From Octopus sinensis (taxonomy: Eukaryota), in the NCBI RefSeq assembly GCF_006345805.1, contig NC_043006.1:36084001-36148000 (forward strand): a stretch of 64,000 nucleotides of DNA, written 5' to 3'. A program made the position numbers and the translations under genes. The notes under the pieces were generated by a model, which made no database searches, was not told the DNA's origin, and worked only from the letters and a program-made list of their open reading frames with translations. The stretch's first letter is position 1. Every line of letters starts with the position of its first letter. Shown here one piece after another: positions 12,462 through 26,238 of this stretch.

Positions 12462-13753
12462 CGAGGGACGTTCAATAAGTAATGCCCCTGACCCACTTGC
12501 AGTTGTTTGATCTAGCTGAAATTTTGCATGTGCAATTTTTTATATCTCTATAGAGTACGTGATAAATTACAGCTCTGAACTAATTGTGGTTTCTGATTTA
12601 CATGTGTTTGAACTGAGTCAAGTGTGAAATGGAGCCTGTTGAGTGTCGAGCAGTGATCCGGTTTTTGTATTTGAAAGGACGCACACCACGGGAGACTTTT
12701 GATGAAATGAAAGTAACTTATGGTGATGATGCCCCATCATATGACCTTGTAAAACGCTGGTATCGGGAATTCAAACATGGTCGGAACTCTGTGGAAACAG
12801 CTCCCAGATCTGGTCGCCCCGCTTCTGCCGTTGATGAGGCATCTGTCCGTCAAGTTGAGGCTGTCATGTTGGAAGATCGACGCATAATTATTCGCCAAAT
12901 AGCCCATGAGGTCAAGATTAGTACCGGGTCTGTGGAAACTATCATTCATGACCATTTGCATATGCAAAAGGTGTCTGCCAGATGGATTCCCAGGTTGCTC
13001 ACGCCTTTCCAGAAGCAAGAACGCGTCGAGTGCTCGAGGATGAATTTGGAGATGTGCCAAGAAGATGAGTCAAAATTTTTCAAAAGACTGATTACACAGG
13101 ATGAAACCTGGGTCCATCACGATGATCCAGAGACCAAAGCCCAGTCAATGCAGTGGAAGCACCGTGACTCACCCCCTCCAAAGAAGGCAAGGGTGCAGCC
13201 CTCCGCTGGCAAGGTCATGCTCACAGTCTTCTGGGACCAGGACGGAGTAGTGATGACAGATTTCCTGGCAAAGGGTACCACAATTACAGGAGCCTATTAT
13301 GCTTCACTTTTGAGGAAATTAAGAGAAGTTATCAAAATCAAGAGGCGGGGCAAGATCAGCAAAGGCATCCTTCTCCTGCAGGACAACGCTCCGGTCCACA
13401 ACTCGCTTGTCGCCAGATCAGAAGCACAGGCGTATGGCTATGAACTCCTCCCCCATTCCCCTACTTTCCTGACTTTCCACCCTCTGATTTTCCCCTCTTC
13501 CCAGTCATGAAGTTGTTTTTGAAAAGAAAGCGTTTCCCAGATGATGCAGCCTTGATTTCTGAAGTCACGTTCAGGTTGGAGAACCAAGCTGGGGTCTTCT
13601 ACAAAAACGGTCTCCAGAGCTGCATCAAACAATGGGAGAAATGCGTAACTCTGGGTGGTTCCTATGTAGAAAAAGACTAATAACTGTGCCAAGTTTCGTT
13701 GCTCTACTGCTATGGGAAGTGGGTTAGGGGCATTACTTATTGAACGCCCCTCG
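12462..13753 (+). mobile_element. Mariner (Tc1/mariner) DNA transposon, ~1.3 kb
   Basis: Imperfect ~37 bp TIRs (cgaggg[a/g]cgttcaataagtaatgcccct[g/a]acccactt) flanked by TA at 12460-61 and 13754-55. The paralogous site in copy B (around 19150) is empty with a single TA. Confidence 0.96.
12629..13680 (+). pseudogene. Mariner transposase, frameshifted
   Basis: Carries WIPRLL, QDETW and QDNAP motifs. The YSPDLAPSD-like motif is broken by a 1-bp frameshift near 13460, and the shifted frame continues to GGSYVEKD-stop at 13680. Confidence 0.92.
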
Positions 13754-14455
13754 TACAAGCCAAATGTATGAGAAATTATGATAATTGTGATAATTTATAA
13801 TTTCTCGGGTAGATAGATAGAGGGATAGAGCGAGAGAGAGAAAAAGAGAGAATGACATGACTCACTGAGTTGTAACATCATCACTTCATGATGTCATCCT
13901 CACGTGATATGTCTAGACGTATCACATCAGGAAGTGATCTATCATAACATAATCTGTATTCGGTCGCTGCAAGCTAAGAAAATATATGTTAGTTATAATA
14001 CTGTTGTTACTTACTGCCGTTACCATCACATACTGTACCTATTTACAGCGTGTTAGATTTATCTTTAACCGAACATTATATACAGACTTAGTGCTGTGTG
14101 GTTGAGCCTCGGACTTTACAAAGCTATTGACCAGTCTTGGTTCACTCCAAGATCCAATGGCACCGGTTACCCGGTTTCTATGACGTACAAGTGACCAATC
14201 TCATATTTCCGATGAACAGGACACCAGTCCGTGGCAGTGTTCTCCGTTTACTTCTGAGTGAATTGGAGCAACGCGAAATGAAGTGTTTGCCCCAGAACAC
14301 AACGCATCACCTGAAATCGAAACCATGATCTTGCGACTGTGAGTGCAACAGGCTATAAGCATTCACATCTTGAAAATTTAACATATTTTTCATATACACA
14401 GTATATTTACTGTCTTTTTTCGTTTGTATTTAAAAATTTTGTTCCTTTTTTAAAG

Positions 14456-14611
14456 ATTTCTGGATGACAAAGACTGCTCAGAATATTATTGGGTCGGTGA
14501 TGTGTTGCCCAGGATGTTTCAGTCTGTATAGAATCACTGCGCTCTATAATTTATTGGACGATTATTCTCAAGAAAGTATGGAACCGATGGATGTACTTAT
14601 CAAAGACACAG
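14456..14611 (+). CDS. chs: Chitin synthase copy A, exon d
   Basis: ttttaaag|AT acceptor, phase 1. Reads DFWMTKTAQNIIGSVMCCPGCFSLYR...VLIKDT, matching CHS HWLQKATEH..GCVLCSPGCFSLFR. Donor G|gtacgg. Confidence 0.95.
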
Positions 14612-15819
14612 GTACGGCGCCAATTATTTCGATATTTCATTCTGCGTATATTAGTTGGTTCGCTCGTTTATTATTTAATATATTTCCGCTCTCAGTGAGA
14701 TGGCGTAAATTCTGGCTTTTATGGTTCTGAGTTCAAATAAAGTCAAGGTTAACTTCGCTTCCGGGGTTAATAAAATTTAGTTCAAGAAACCTCTTCCTCC
14801 AAATTCGTAGCCGTGCTTCGTACCCAGGATCCATGACAGTTTATACATGGGGGAATTATCCGTAGTGAAATGGAAAAAAAGTATTTTATTCGTTTCACTT
14901 CACGTAATTTAGACAATACAGTATTCAAAGTCAGTTGGTCTAATGCACAGTTTAACAAAGATATCAAAGACCCAACATTTGATTCCTGGATTCGTTTTAA
15001 CAATGTTAAATGAAGCCTTTTCACCTGTTTCTTCCGTCAATTACTTTTTCTGAAACATTTTGATCCCCAGATGTTTAGAATAAGTAGCAACCACACCAAC
15101 CTCGCCCATCTCGACGAATCCATAAAGAGTTCACAGACCATAACCCTCTTCCTTTTGTGTGTGTCCTCTGGTGTGAATGAATAACCAATGCCAACCAGTT
15201 GGGATTCCTAGTACGACTTGAACAAAATTTGGCTCGCGAGACCTCCGTTCAGGTAATCGTCCTGAGTCCCCATTTCCCCTTTATACGCAAACCCATTGCA
15301 AGGTTACCCATTTAGAGTTGCGAGAACTGGAGCAGAGCGCAATGAAGGCTTTTCTTCAAGAATACAACTCACAGCCGGTCTGAAACTCGAAACTGTGACC
15401 TCGTGATGGTAAGTGCAATACCCTAACCGCTAGGCCACGAGATTTTGTGCGCCATCCGTCTCTTGGTATAATCTCTTGGATTATGAACTGGTATTGGAAG
15501 AAAGGGCTGGTCTACAGACAAAGTTGATATTGTCAGTAGGGCACTAACATATATTTGTAGATTGAACTGATGGGGCCGCACCACCAATTCTTTTACGGAA
15601 ACCGAGCAAGGATCGGTCTATCATCTTCATTCTTTTCTCTCTTTCTCTCACTCTCTCTCTTTTACCATATATCTCTCTCTCACTCCACAAATCTCTTTTT
15701 CTGTGGGCATTTCTTTCCATCCATCTATCTGTTTGTTATACAACTACCCATCCACCCATCCAACCATCCATCCATTTGTTTATACAACTACTCATCTATC
15801 CATCCGTCTGTCCCTCCCT

Positions 15820-15821
15820 CC

Positions 15822-15917
<96 letters not shown>

Positions 15918-16117
15918 CCCTCTTTCTCTTTGGGTTACTGACTGACTGACTGACTCACTCACTCACCCACTCACTCACTCACTCACTCACTCACTCCTCA
16001 CTCACTCACTCACTCACTCACCCACTCACCTACTCCTTCCCTCCCTTACTCACTCCCTCCCTCCCTCCCTCACTCCCTCCCTCCCTCCCTAACTCACTCA
16101 CTCACTCACACACTCAC

Positions 16118-16162
<45 letters not shown>
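15820..16162. repeat. Microsatellite cluster (TATC)n, (TCAC)n, (TC)n
   Basis: Directly visible. Confidence 0.95.
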
Positions 16163-16165
<3 letters not shown>

Positions 16166-16483
16166 CATTCCATCAAACTGTCCCTTATCAGTGAACCTCT
16201 TGCATTTAGATACGTTTGTTCTAAACTTCCTCACTTATTTTCTGGCTTTCAGTCTGAAACCCTCATTTCATCCGTTCTGAGTTTCTCCTCATAAGTCTCA
16301 AGTTACTCTGCCGGTTAAATAAATGGGAATGTGTATCATATATGATGAATGGGCGCCAGGGAGAGGTGTCCTGCATCACATGCCATACACAGGACAAACA
16401 AGGCTAATAGTTTTCTCGAAATCTGTTTATTTTTCTTATGTCTTTTTCATATTTTTGTACTTTATGTCTCTTTACTTTTTAAG

Positions 16484-16744
16484 GCGAGGATCGATGGATG
16501 TGTACTCTTATGATGATGAGAGGCTGGAAATTAAAATTTTGTACGTTCGCTGTGAACACGACTTACTGTCCATGTAAATTGGAGGAGTTCTTGAAACAAC
16601 GACGACGCTGGATGTTATCGGATATGGCCAATACATTCCTAGTAATGCAGCAACTTCCTCGACTAGTGCGATACAATGCTTGCTTTACGGTCTTGTACAT
16701 CATCTACCTTATTCAGTTGTTCACCATGGTTGTCCTTTCTCCAG
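16484..16744 (+). CDS. chs: Chitin synthase copy A, exon e (catalytic EDR and QRRRW)
   Basis: ttttaag|GC acceptor, phase 1. Reads GEDRWMCTLMMMRGW...EEFLKQRRRWMLSDMANT...VVLSPG. Donor G|gtaaat. EDR and QRRRW are the diagnostic CHS motifs. Confidence 0.97.
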
Positions 16745-17673
16745 GTAAATATATCTTCTTTTATTGCTTCTGTCTTCGGACTGCGGCCATGCAGGGCCAT
16801 CACATCGAAGGGTTTTAGTTGAACAAATCAGCACCAGTACATATTTTTTTAAAGTCTTCTACTTATTCTATCCGCCTATTCGTTGCCTAAAGGCTTGGCT
16901 ATGGGGTCGAAAACAAGCCAATATTGGTTGTCTAGATTTGGGGCCACAAACATAAACACAAAGATACACACATATCCGCATATATATATATATATGTGTT
17001 GTGTGTGTGTGTGTGTGTGTGTGTCTGGGTGGTCTGTGTGTACAAAGAGAGAAAGGGGGAGAGAGAGGTAAATAAATAATATATTACACGTCGGGCTTCC
17101 ACAACAGTTTCCGCCTACCAAATCCACTACCAAGGTATTGGTCGGCTTGGGGTTTTAAAAGTCACTTGTCCAATGTACCTCGCAAGAATATCGGAACCGA
17201 AACCATGTGGATACAAAGTCAGCATCTTGAGCAAAGGCCATACATACAGACAGGCAGGCGCTCGAGTAGGCGGGCTGGTGCACAGGCGGACCAATGGATG
17301 GATAGATGGATGTCGCTGATATATCAACACTAATATCAACAACACTATGTGGTGTTGATATGTAACCAACAGTCACCCAATCAGCAGTAAGCATCCTGAA
17401 CTTCCTCCAGTCGGTCGCCTGAGCCTGACAAGGTAGGTTCGTTTGATGAGCCTGCTAAACCTTAAGTTACTTGGAACGGAACCAAACTGTTAAATAATAC
17501 AGAGGTTGTCCCAGAATTAGGTCTCTATTGCAATATATAAATTAATTCTGAAATAGATAGTGAATTCTAGGGTACCCTGTATATGTCCATACCTACACAT
17601 GCGCGGGCGCATGTACGTGGGCGTGCGGGTGCGCATGTATAGGTATGGACATGCTCGCTTACGCGAATACTAT

Positions 17674-17773
17674 NNNNNNNNNNNNNNNNNNNNNNNNNNN
17701 NNNNNNNNNNNNNNNNNNNNNNNNNNNNNNNNNNNNNNNNNNNNNNNNNNNNNNNNNNNNNNNNNNNNNNNNN
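17674..17773. other. Assembly gap (exactly 100 N)
   Basis: Run of 100 N, typical of a fixed-size scaffolding placeholder. Confidence 0.99.
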
Positions 17774-19353
17774 CAAGATCCCAGTTTCGATTTCAGGTGA
17801 TGCGTTGTGTTCTGGGGCAAAACATTTCATTTCGCGTTGCTCTAATTCACTCAGAAGTAAACGGAGAACCCTGCAACGGACTGGTGTCCTCTTCACGGGA
17901 AATATGATATCAGTCACTTGTAAGTCATAGAAATCAGGTACTGACGCTGTAGCAATAGCCATTTTAGCCATTTTGAAATGTGGCGCGAATTGGCAATATG
18001 ACGTAATGTCTTTGCCGAAGAAATATCATTTTCGTTTTCTTCCATTGGTTAATATAACTGCTCATATAAAGATTCTAGAAGTTTCGTAAATAATATCTGT
18101 CATGAATTTCGATTCTTTTTGAGTCAAGTGAGCAGTTATAAAAACCCTGGATTTTGGAAGATATTCCAGTGTTCGTTCGGTAGTCATTCAACTCCACGAC
18201 ACTCACTCTTTTGGAGACATCGGTAAATTTTTATGCCATGTCTACGTTAATCACAAATCTATTTTGATTTGTTGGTTAACGTATTAGATAGAAAAAGAAA
18301 TTAGCTAAGGAATTTAAAGTCGTTTTTCTTCACGACTAAGTTATCTTTCTTCTTGTAAATAAATATAAAATGTTATATTTATATAAATAAAATAATTAAA
18401 AAGAAAATGTTTCTCTTCACGTTTGTTTTTCAACTGAGCATAGATAAATATGCATTTCTGTAATCTTTGTTTTATGTTTCTTATAGCGGTTTAAAGGACA
18501 CAATTAAAGTATTCAACATACATGATCGTTGATGTAGCGTTCCATGCGTATATGTCTATATGACGTTACAACTGCAGTTAGGGTTAAAGATACAATGATA
18601 ACACTTTAGTATAAGTGACGATAAATCATTATATTCTCCCTAGCTTCAAGAGAAAAGCCTAAATAAATAATATAACCTAAGAGAAAGCTTAAGGTAGAAA
18701 TAACAGAAAACCGCCGTAACGCCATTAGCTTTTGGAGTGACCCAAGGTTGGTCAGTATCTCTTGTAAAGTCCGAAGCTCAACCACACAGCTCTAGGTGTA
18801 TATCAGCCTTTATAGTTTTCGGTTAAAGACAAATCTAACACATTGTAAAAACGTACAACACAATATGTGTTGTTCATGACAGTAAGTAACAAGAGTGTTG
18901 TAACTAAGAAATATTTTCTTAGCTTGCAGCGACCGAATACAGATTATGTCATCATAGATTACTTCCTGATGTGATATGTCTAGGCATATCACGTGACGAT
19001 GACATCATGAAGTGATGATGTGACAACTCAGTGAGTCATGTCATTCTCTGTATATATATATCGATCTATCTGCCACAATGGTAAACGTATGTACGGGATC
19101 AATGATATATATTTGTGTTTATCATAATTTCTCATACATTTGACCAGTATTTCGTAACTAGTAATATTACTAAGTACAGTAGTAACCACACGGCTATAAG
19201 GGAAGCAGAATGGATGATGAAACTCTAAATTCACCTGTAGCAGTCGTACACCTAAAGATTTATATATATATTCTTCTTTCTTTCGTTTCTTCCTCGCCCA
19301 TCACCTTTCCTCCTCCTCATCTATTTGTATCATTTTTTCTTTTCTGTCTTTTT

Positions 19354-19390
19354 TTTTCTGATGAAGGACTTGCATCCGAAATGTAAAAGA
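19354..19390 (+). ncRNA. Minimal type-I hammerhead-ribozyme-like motif
   Basis: UUUU-CUGAUGA-A-GGA(CUUGCA)UCC-GAAAU-GUA-AAAG. The paralogous copy at 12195-12230 (-) retains GAAACGUA but has lost CUG. Confidence 0.45.
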
Positions 19391-19519
19391 CATTTTCATT
19401 CTTTTTAAGCGTTAAGCTAATTACATCTTTATTAAAAGTTGTCCCTCTCGTTTTCTCTTCTTTTTTTCCTCATTCCCTAACACAAACGAACACACGTGTT
19501 TGTGAGTGTGTGTGTGTGT

Positions 19520-19567
<48 letters not shown>

Positions 19568-19980
19568 CGTGTGAGAGTGTATGTGTCTTTGCGTGTGTCT
19601 GAGTATGTGTATGTCGGTGTGTGTGTCTGTGTGAATTTCAGAGGAAGCCTAACTAAACACATACACATCGACTTATGTACCTACCTACCACCCTATTTGA
19701 ATACATATATACATATGTGTGTATATCTTTTTTATAACGAAATAAGAATGAACACCTCAAAAGCGTTTCAAAAGCGTGGTTGTTTTTCAGCAATGCGTAG
19801 CATATGATATTACGTAATTTCACATTGCGTAAGCACGCCATTTCATCGGGCAATATCCAGCCTTTTATCGTCAAGACCTATTCAAATTATGTCGCTTGAT
19901 ATTTAATATAGTTTTTATCGATTATTTATACAAAATATTAAGTGATATTTAAACAGCAATAAGAAAAAACGAGAACCAAC

Positions 19981-20740
19981 CTTTGGCATATTCAAACATT
20001 TGCAACCATACAATTGGGCAATTCTTCTCGCCGACAGGATGTGTCCGGCCACAAGCAGCACCGACTCGGAGATCACCATTACAAGTGTTCAATAAATCAA
20101 GCACAGCGTTGTCATCGAACTTCATGTCAGCATCCGTTGCAAGAATATAGGTCCGGCTGTCGAATTCTTCAGGGCTCGGAAGGAACGGTGACTTGATGTT
20201 CACTTTGGTATCTTTAATTAAACTTCCACTGATTGTGTTAATAAATTTCTCTTCTAATTTCGGATTGATGTGAATACTGATGTCATTGCGAACCATATCA
20301 GTTATTTTACTCGGGGCACATGAAGTACCAGTATCTTCAAGCCCATACATGAATGCAAAGTCCACCGCTGAATAGTTGGTCGCCGATAATTTACCGTTCA
20401 TCTTGGAGTCATCCATGCCATTTGAATAGAGATATACGCTAGAGATTGAATATAGGCTTTTAAGCAGTTCTGAATCACCCGACCAGTGTGGCTTCACATC
20501 TCCCTTGGTATGTGCAGCAGAATCGCTATATTGATTCAGCATCGAATTTTCGTAGTCACATTTTACTGTAGGAATTTTTGTTTCGTTATCCAATGAATCT
20601 ACACCATAGAATTTCCTTTCATCGACATAATAACGGGCGTTGAATGGCGTCGATTCCATTTCGCAGCGTTTCAGTCTTTTTTCAATCCAATCATAAGCTT
20701 TTTTCACCCGGAAACTCATTACATAGTTCATATATAATAC
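19981..20740 (-). CDS. chs: Chitin synthase copy B, exon paralogous to A exon c
   Basis: Open 760 bp exon with the same acceptor and donor context as A. Reads VLYMNYVMSFR...TYILATDADMKF...VGAACGRTHPVG...VWLQMFEYAK. Confidence 0.95.
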
Positions 20741-23113
20741 CTTTAAAGATCGAGAAGAAATTACACATTATATATACATATACATATACACATATTCACA
20801 CGCATACACATACACATGTACACGCATGCACGCACACACACACACACACATATTCACACACATACAAACACATATATCTGTGCGTATGTGTCCGTATGTG
20901 GCAGTGACTGTGCGTGTGTGTGTGTATGCGTGTGAACAATGATATTTCGTGTTGGAATAGAGATTATTGTCAATGGAATTAGTTACTGCCACTTGCATCG
21001 TCATTGATCCTTTCTTAACATAAGACAGAAGAGTAAAGTCGCCTCCATGAGATCCGAAGTCAGAATAAAGAACAACTGAGACTATAAAGAGTTTTTTCCT
21101 TTTCTTGTGCAAAGTTTTATACAGAAAACCCAGAACACATCGATTAAATCCCTGTTTTCACAAGCCAATAATTATTAGGGAAGGGAACATATCAATTACG
21201 TTGATCCCATTACTTAACTACTACCTCTTAACATCGATACCAGCAGGAGGAATGGCGAAGTAAAATTTAGCGAAATTTGAACTCAGAACGTAATTAAAAA
21301 GTAGAAACACCACTAAGCATTTTTACAGATGTTTTAACAATTCTGCCAGTTTCTCTCTCAAAACGTTTCAGATTTTGGAACACTAATATTTCGAAGGAAG
21401 GGGACATGTCGATTACATCAACCCCAGAACTTGATCGGTGCTTATTTTATCGACCCCACAAAGATAAAAGGCAAAACTGACTTTCATGAGATTTGAACAC
21501 AGAGCGTAAATCTATTTGCTAAAATGGCAGCAAAATTCGCAAAAATTACACTAACGTGTTATTTTAAGGACTTATTGGATTTTGTAGTCTTAGATATGCA
21601 AAAGATGGAATGGTTACAGGTGGAATGCTTTTGGTTATAGGTTTGTTTAGACTGGGCTGGTGTTACTGTAATTGCAAAAAAAATCAAATAAAACTGAATG
21701 AAATCGACCTGCTAAAATTAGTAGCGAATTCATATAGCCTACTGTCTTCACGCTTTGCCTGCCCAAAGCATTTTCGTAAAATTGTCCTAAACGTCCACGC
21801 TTGTTTTCAAATTTCAATTATCTTTTGTTTCATACTTTTTGATAATATAAAATTTTCCTTTCACAAGTCTTAAGTTACCCTGGTTATTGGAAAATATTGA
21901 GAATGTGTATCATATATGATGCAGGAATTGCAGGGAAACACGTCCTGTGTATCACAAGTGACATACAGGACATAGAGGTTAAAAAGGAAAAGACACACTG
22001 GAAAATGCGGTCCTGTAACAGATACACTGTTCAGAAATTTTTCTCTTCGGACAAGTAGCTTCATCTTCATCTATTGTACAAAGGATATATCGTACATTGG
22101 GAACAAAAGCCGTTGATGTCAACGGACGAGAGGAGACATAAGAGGTTGAAGTGAAATTTAGCCAACCCGGAATTTAACTACCTTTTTTTATTCTCTAAGA
22201 ACAGAATCTTAATTCATAATATATTCTACCGCGAATTACGCATTATCCTTTTTTAAAACTATGAAGAAATGGTTAATATCGTTCTAAACGCACCATGTGA
22301 AAATATAGTTTGAGTCAGTCACGGCTAGAATGCGTTACAGTATCTTATTGGTCAAGATTAATCTGGAGTAAAGCAGTAAGAGCTAAATCTCTCTCAGACA
22401 TACTACGACCTTAAAAAGAATGGTATCATTGCACATACACGCAATGTACAAGAAAAGCCAAATGTAGCCAAATCATGAAATCATAGCCTATTGGATTAAG
22501 ACATTATAGGTATGCTAGAAAGTCTATATCCATATATGAATAAAACAAGCTATGGTTGTCATGATTGGGACAACCTAGTTCATAGCTCTGCTCAGTCAGA
22601 TCTTTCTTGGCTCTAAGTAATAACAAGGGTTTCCTTGATACATTATGTATTTAAAAAATAGACAGGAGTTGACAAAGATGTGATCCTGTATTCAGATATT
22701 TCAATCAGAGTTGGACAACGATTAACAACAACGACGACGAAAAGCAAATGATTTTAGCTTAACTTTTGGAAAGAGTCGCGAGACAAATTCTTGAAAGCGA
22801 GCCAACTGGCAGAAGACCTAGGATTAGACCAAGAACAACCCGATTGGTTAATATTCTCTGTTAGTCATGCTTCTTATAAGGATCATATAGGGGAGGCACC
22901 AGAGAATTCTAACCGAATACTAGGCAGAGAAAATGGTTGATGGATTAATTGGCATCAGCGATACAACATATTTATAATATGAGATCCATACATTAGTTTT
23001 CTGATGTAAAAACAGGTCACAAGCAAACACACATACACAAACGCACACACATATATATATATACACACACATACATGCACATACATACACACATATTTAT
23101 GAATTAGACTTAC

Positions 23114-23378
23114 CTGACTCCATCGCTTTTTCGGTTTCACTTTTTGAGTGTCTTTCAGATGCAGAAAAAACGGAATGCCACCATTTAAGATCCACTGCAG
23201 CTGCAATCCGTAAGGTACTCGATTTGCATACACTTCTGTACGAGCAATGTTCAGTTCGTTTTGAAGTAACGACAGAAGCTGCAGAGCAAACTCTCCAAGA
23301 TCGTTTCCCTTGCAACCATTATCAAGAATCACGTGGGACTCCATATAGACATGAGACAGTTTTTTCGACAAGGATAAT
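23114..23378 (-). CDS. chs: Chitin synthase copy B, exon paralogous to A exon b
   Basis: 265 bp, ttccag| and |gtaagt boundaries. 76/88 amino acids identical to A exon b, counted by hand. Confidence 0.95.
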
Positions 23379-23829
23379 CTGGAATTCACAGAAGAAATTT
23401 AATGAAAGCAAAAAGATGCAACTGACAAATTCAGACAGGCAAATCTGAAATGGACTTCAAGTAGAGAGGGCATGTCTTCGTGACGTCGCAAATGGCGGCA
23501 AAAAGACTTTGACAAACCTAGCTGATTGACTGTTTAACTTAACAATTAATTAAACAATCAGTTAGTTAATTGATTAAGTAGTCAACCAATTGACAAGTGA
23601 AATAGAACCAGTGCTTATTATTGACATAATGGTCCTACCGAAATAGAACAAAGAATCATAATTACAGCAACAAAATCATTGCTAACTTTACTTCTCGATC
23701 ACCTTTATTACATATTTACAAATCAGAGCCAAGTGCAACTCTCTGTGCATTGTCTACATGTTTTGTCTCTAATTCTAGTGTAATGAAATTATATATAGGC
23801 GCAGTCGTCGCTGTGGCACAAAAAGTTTG

Positions 23830-24670
23830 ATTTCCAACCACATCTTTCCGTTTCCCCTTACCTACGACCCCTCCACCCTAACCCTCCACGAACCATTCTC
23901 CGAACCTTCCGGCGACTCCAGTCCGACCCATCCACCTCGCACATCTTCCCTAACCTACCCCTTCCTTCCTTCCTTCAAACGCGCCCATAACCTGTGTGAC
24001 CTCCTGGTCCACAGTTTCTTCCCTACTACCGTCTCCCAGCCTGGTTCCTTCCCCTGCTCCCGCCTACGCTGTCGCGCCTGCCCCTACCTCTCCTACACCA
24101 CCATCCTCACAGGCACCCATCACCGTCCCTATCACGTCACCGACTTCTTTACCTGCACCTCTAGTAATGCTATTTACTGCATCTCCTGCTCTCTCTGTCC
24201 TTCCCTGTGCATTGGTCAACTGGGACGCCACTTGGCTAACTGGCTCGCGGAGCACCTCCAGGAATCAGACTCGGCAATGACGCCCCATTTCCTCTCTATT
24301 AGTCATTTGCTATATTTGTCTATGTTTGAATTGTCTCTGCACAGGGCCCACACGGACTCCCGCCTACATCGTGAACAGGAATTAATCTTCTCTCTTCGTT
24401 CCTTTGTGCCACAGGGCTCAACTAACCTTCTCTCTTCATCTTATACCAACCTCACCTCCTCTCTTCCTTTGAAACCAATCCCATACGGATTCCCACTCAC
24501 CGCCCGCACCCGCCACCTACACACTTGCATACCGCCCACCTCAGTACCCTCACCCACAATCACTACTATACAAACACCCATACATACTGTGCAACTAATC
24601 ATTCACTTCACACATCACATACACACCCACAACACCTTCCCACTCCACACATTATACATCATTAAAACAC
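23830..24670 (+). mobile_element. Penelope-like element 3' fragment (GIY-YIG) in intron of chs copy B
   Basis: PCSRLRCRAC...FTCTSSNAIYCISCSLCPSLCIGQLGRHLANWLAEHL is a degenerate PLE GIY-YIG endonuclease with its upstream Cys motif. Absent from the paralogous intron of copy A. Confidence 0.85.
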
Positions 24671-24689
24671 CTTAGAGTCATATATGTAC

Positions 24690-24735
<46 letters not shown>

Positions 24736-24791
24736 TGTGTGTGTGTGTGTGTGCGTGCGTGCGTATGTGTGTGTTAAAAATAGTTATTTAC

Positions 24792-25708
24792 CCTTCTAAA
24801 CTTTTCAGGAGTCGCTTCATTTCGAATTCTGCTTCTCTATACATGGTTGTACATATAAAAACTTTGCTCACTTTGGATACCCCGGTCAACATTTTACTCA
24901 TCTTACCATGTGTGGTATGAATTCCTTCCGGATTGTAATTCAAATGCAAATGATGTTCGAGGAAGATATTGTTGTAAGTAAAACTTAAGAAGTTCGATTC
25001 CGAAGATTTCAGTATGGAATTTGGTACAGGTGTATGGTTCATGCCCAGCATTAGAAATGGTAACAACCAAAGTAAAACAGCAATTCCTAAACAAAACCAC
25101 GAAGCAATAGTTAATCCTGACAGGGCAGACAAGTTTACGATATGAAAAACTCCATAGAAATTGTCAACAATGATGATCAAGATTGTGATCGGAGTGACAA
25201 ATATTGTTGGTAGGTAAATACCACTACGTGTAAGGCATATTCGTGTTGATATGTAAGTGGATGCATGAGATAATAAACCAGCAAAGAGGTGAATCAAGAG
25301 TCCATTGCTGATGGTTTTTGTTGAGCTTATATTACCGAAACCTTGCAATAAGCTGTAAAATGATTCTTCGAAGCTGTTCTGGTGGTTTAAGTGAATTACA
25401 GCAACGGTTAAGACAAAAAGTACTACCAATTTCAAAATAGTATAAATTGTACTGGCATTTTTACGACCATCAACGAAGTCAGCTCGGGGTCGTAATGTAA
25501 ATGTTGCTATTCCAGGGCACCACGTGAAAGATAAAGCCAATAAGGATGTGGAGAGAATGAGAGATTCTGAAATAGTCAAGATTTGGCTAAAACCAGTCAT
25601 AAACGATGCGGCCACAACTAATATTACAGAAATTAGTCCGAATGCAACACAGATCAGATTCTTCAGCATTTTAGTGTTTGAATCGATGTTATTATGGCCC
25701 AATATGCG
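24792..25708 (-). CDS. chs: Chitin synthase copy B, large multi-TM exon
   Basis: 917 bp open exon, from ttttccag|CGC to GG|gtaaat. Several hydrophobic helices, then NNIFLEHHLHLNY...VFICTTMYREAEFEMKRLLKSLEG. Confidence 0.93.
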
Positions 25709-26201
25709 CTGGAAAAAAAGAAAAGAGAGAAATAAGTACAAAAGTATTAAGAATTTGGTATTTTCTAAGGGTAGGCCATATTACATGGCAGCATTTCATA
25801 TAAAAGCTGAATATATTTGTTGGCAAGTAAAGAGACGTTTATAGTTAAATATATACATATGTGTGTGTAAATAAGCATTTAGATATGTAAATGAACAGAT
25901 CAATATACAGACAGATAGGTATATAGACTATATGAACAAACACATATAGAGACACGGATCCACACATATAAAGATACACATCCATACATACAAACATGGT
26001 ACATAGTTACATAACAAACACATACACACAGACATGCACACACAAGGAGACAGTGATGCATACATATACAAACACATGCTCACACACACACATAGAAAAT
26101 ACACAAACACGGATAAGCAAGCACATAAATATGCAGGATACGTACATACAGATACACACACATACATACATATACATACACACACATATATACATACACA
26201 T

Positions 26202-26238
<37 letters not shown>

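Noticed and set aside
17560-17971. ORFs spanning the N run
   Set aside because: Artefacts of translating across an assembly gap.
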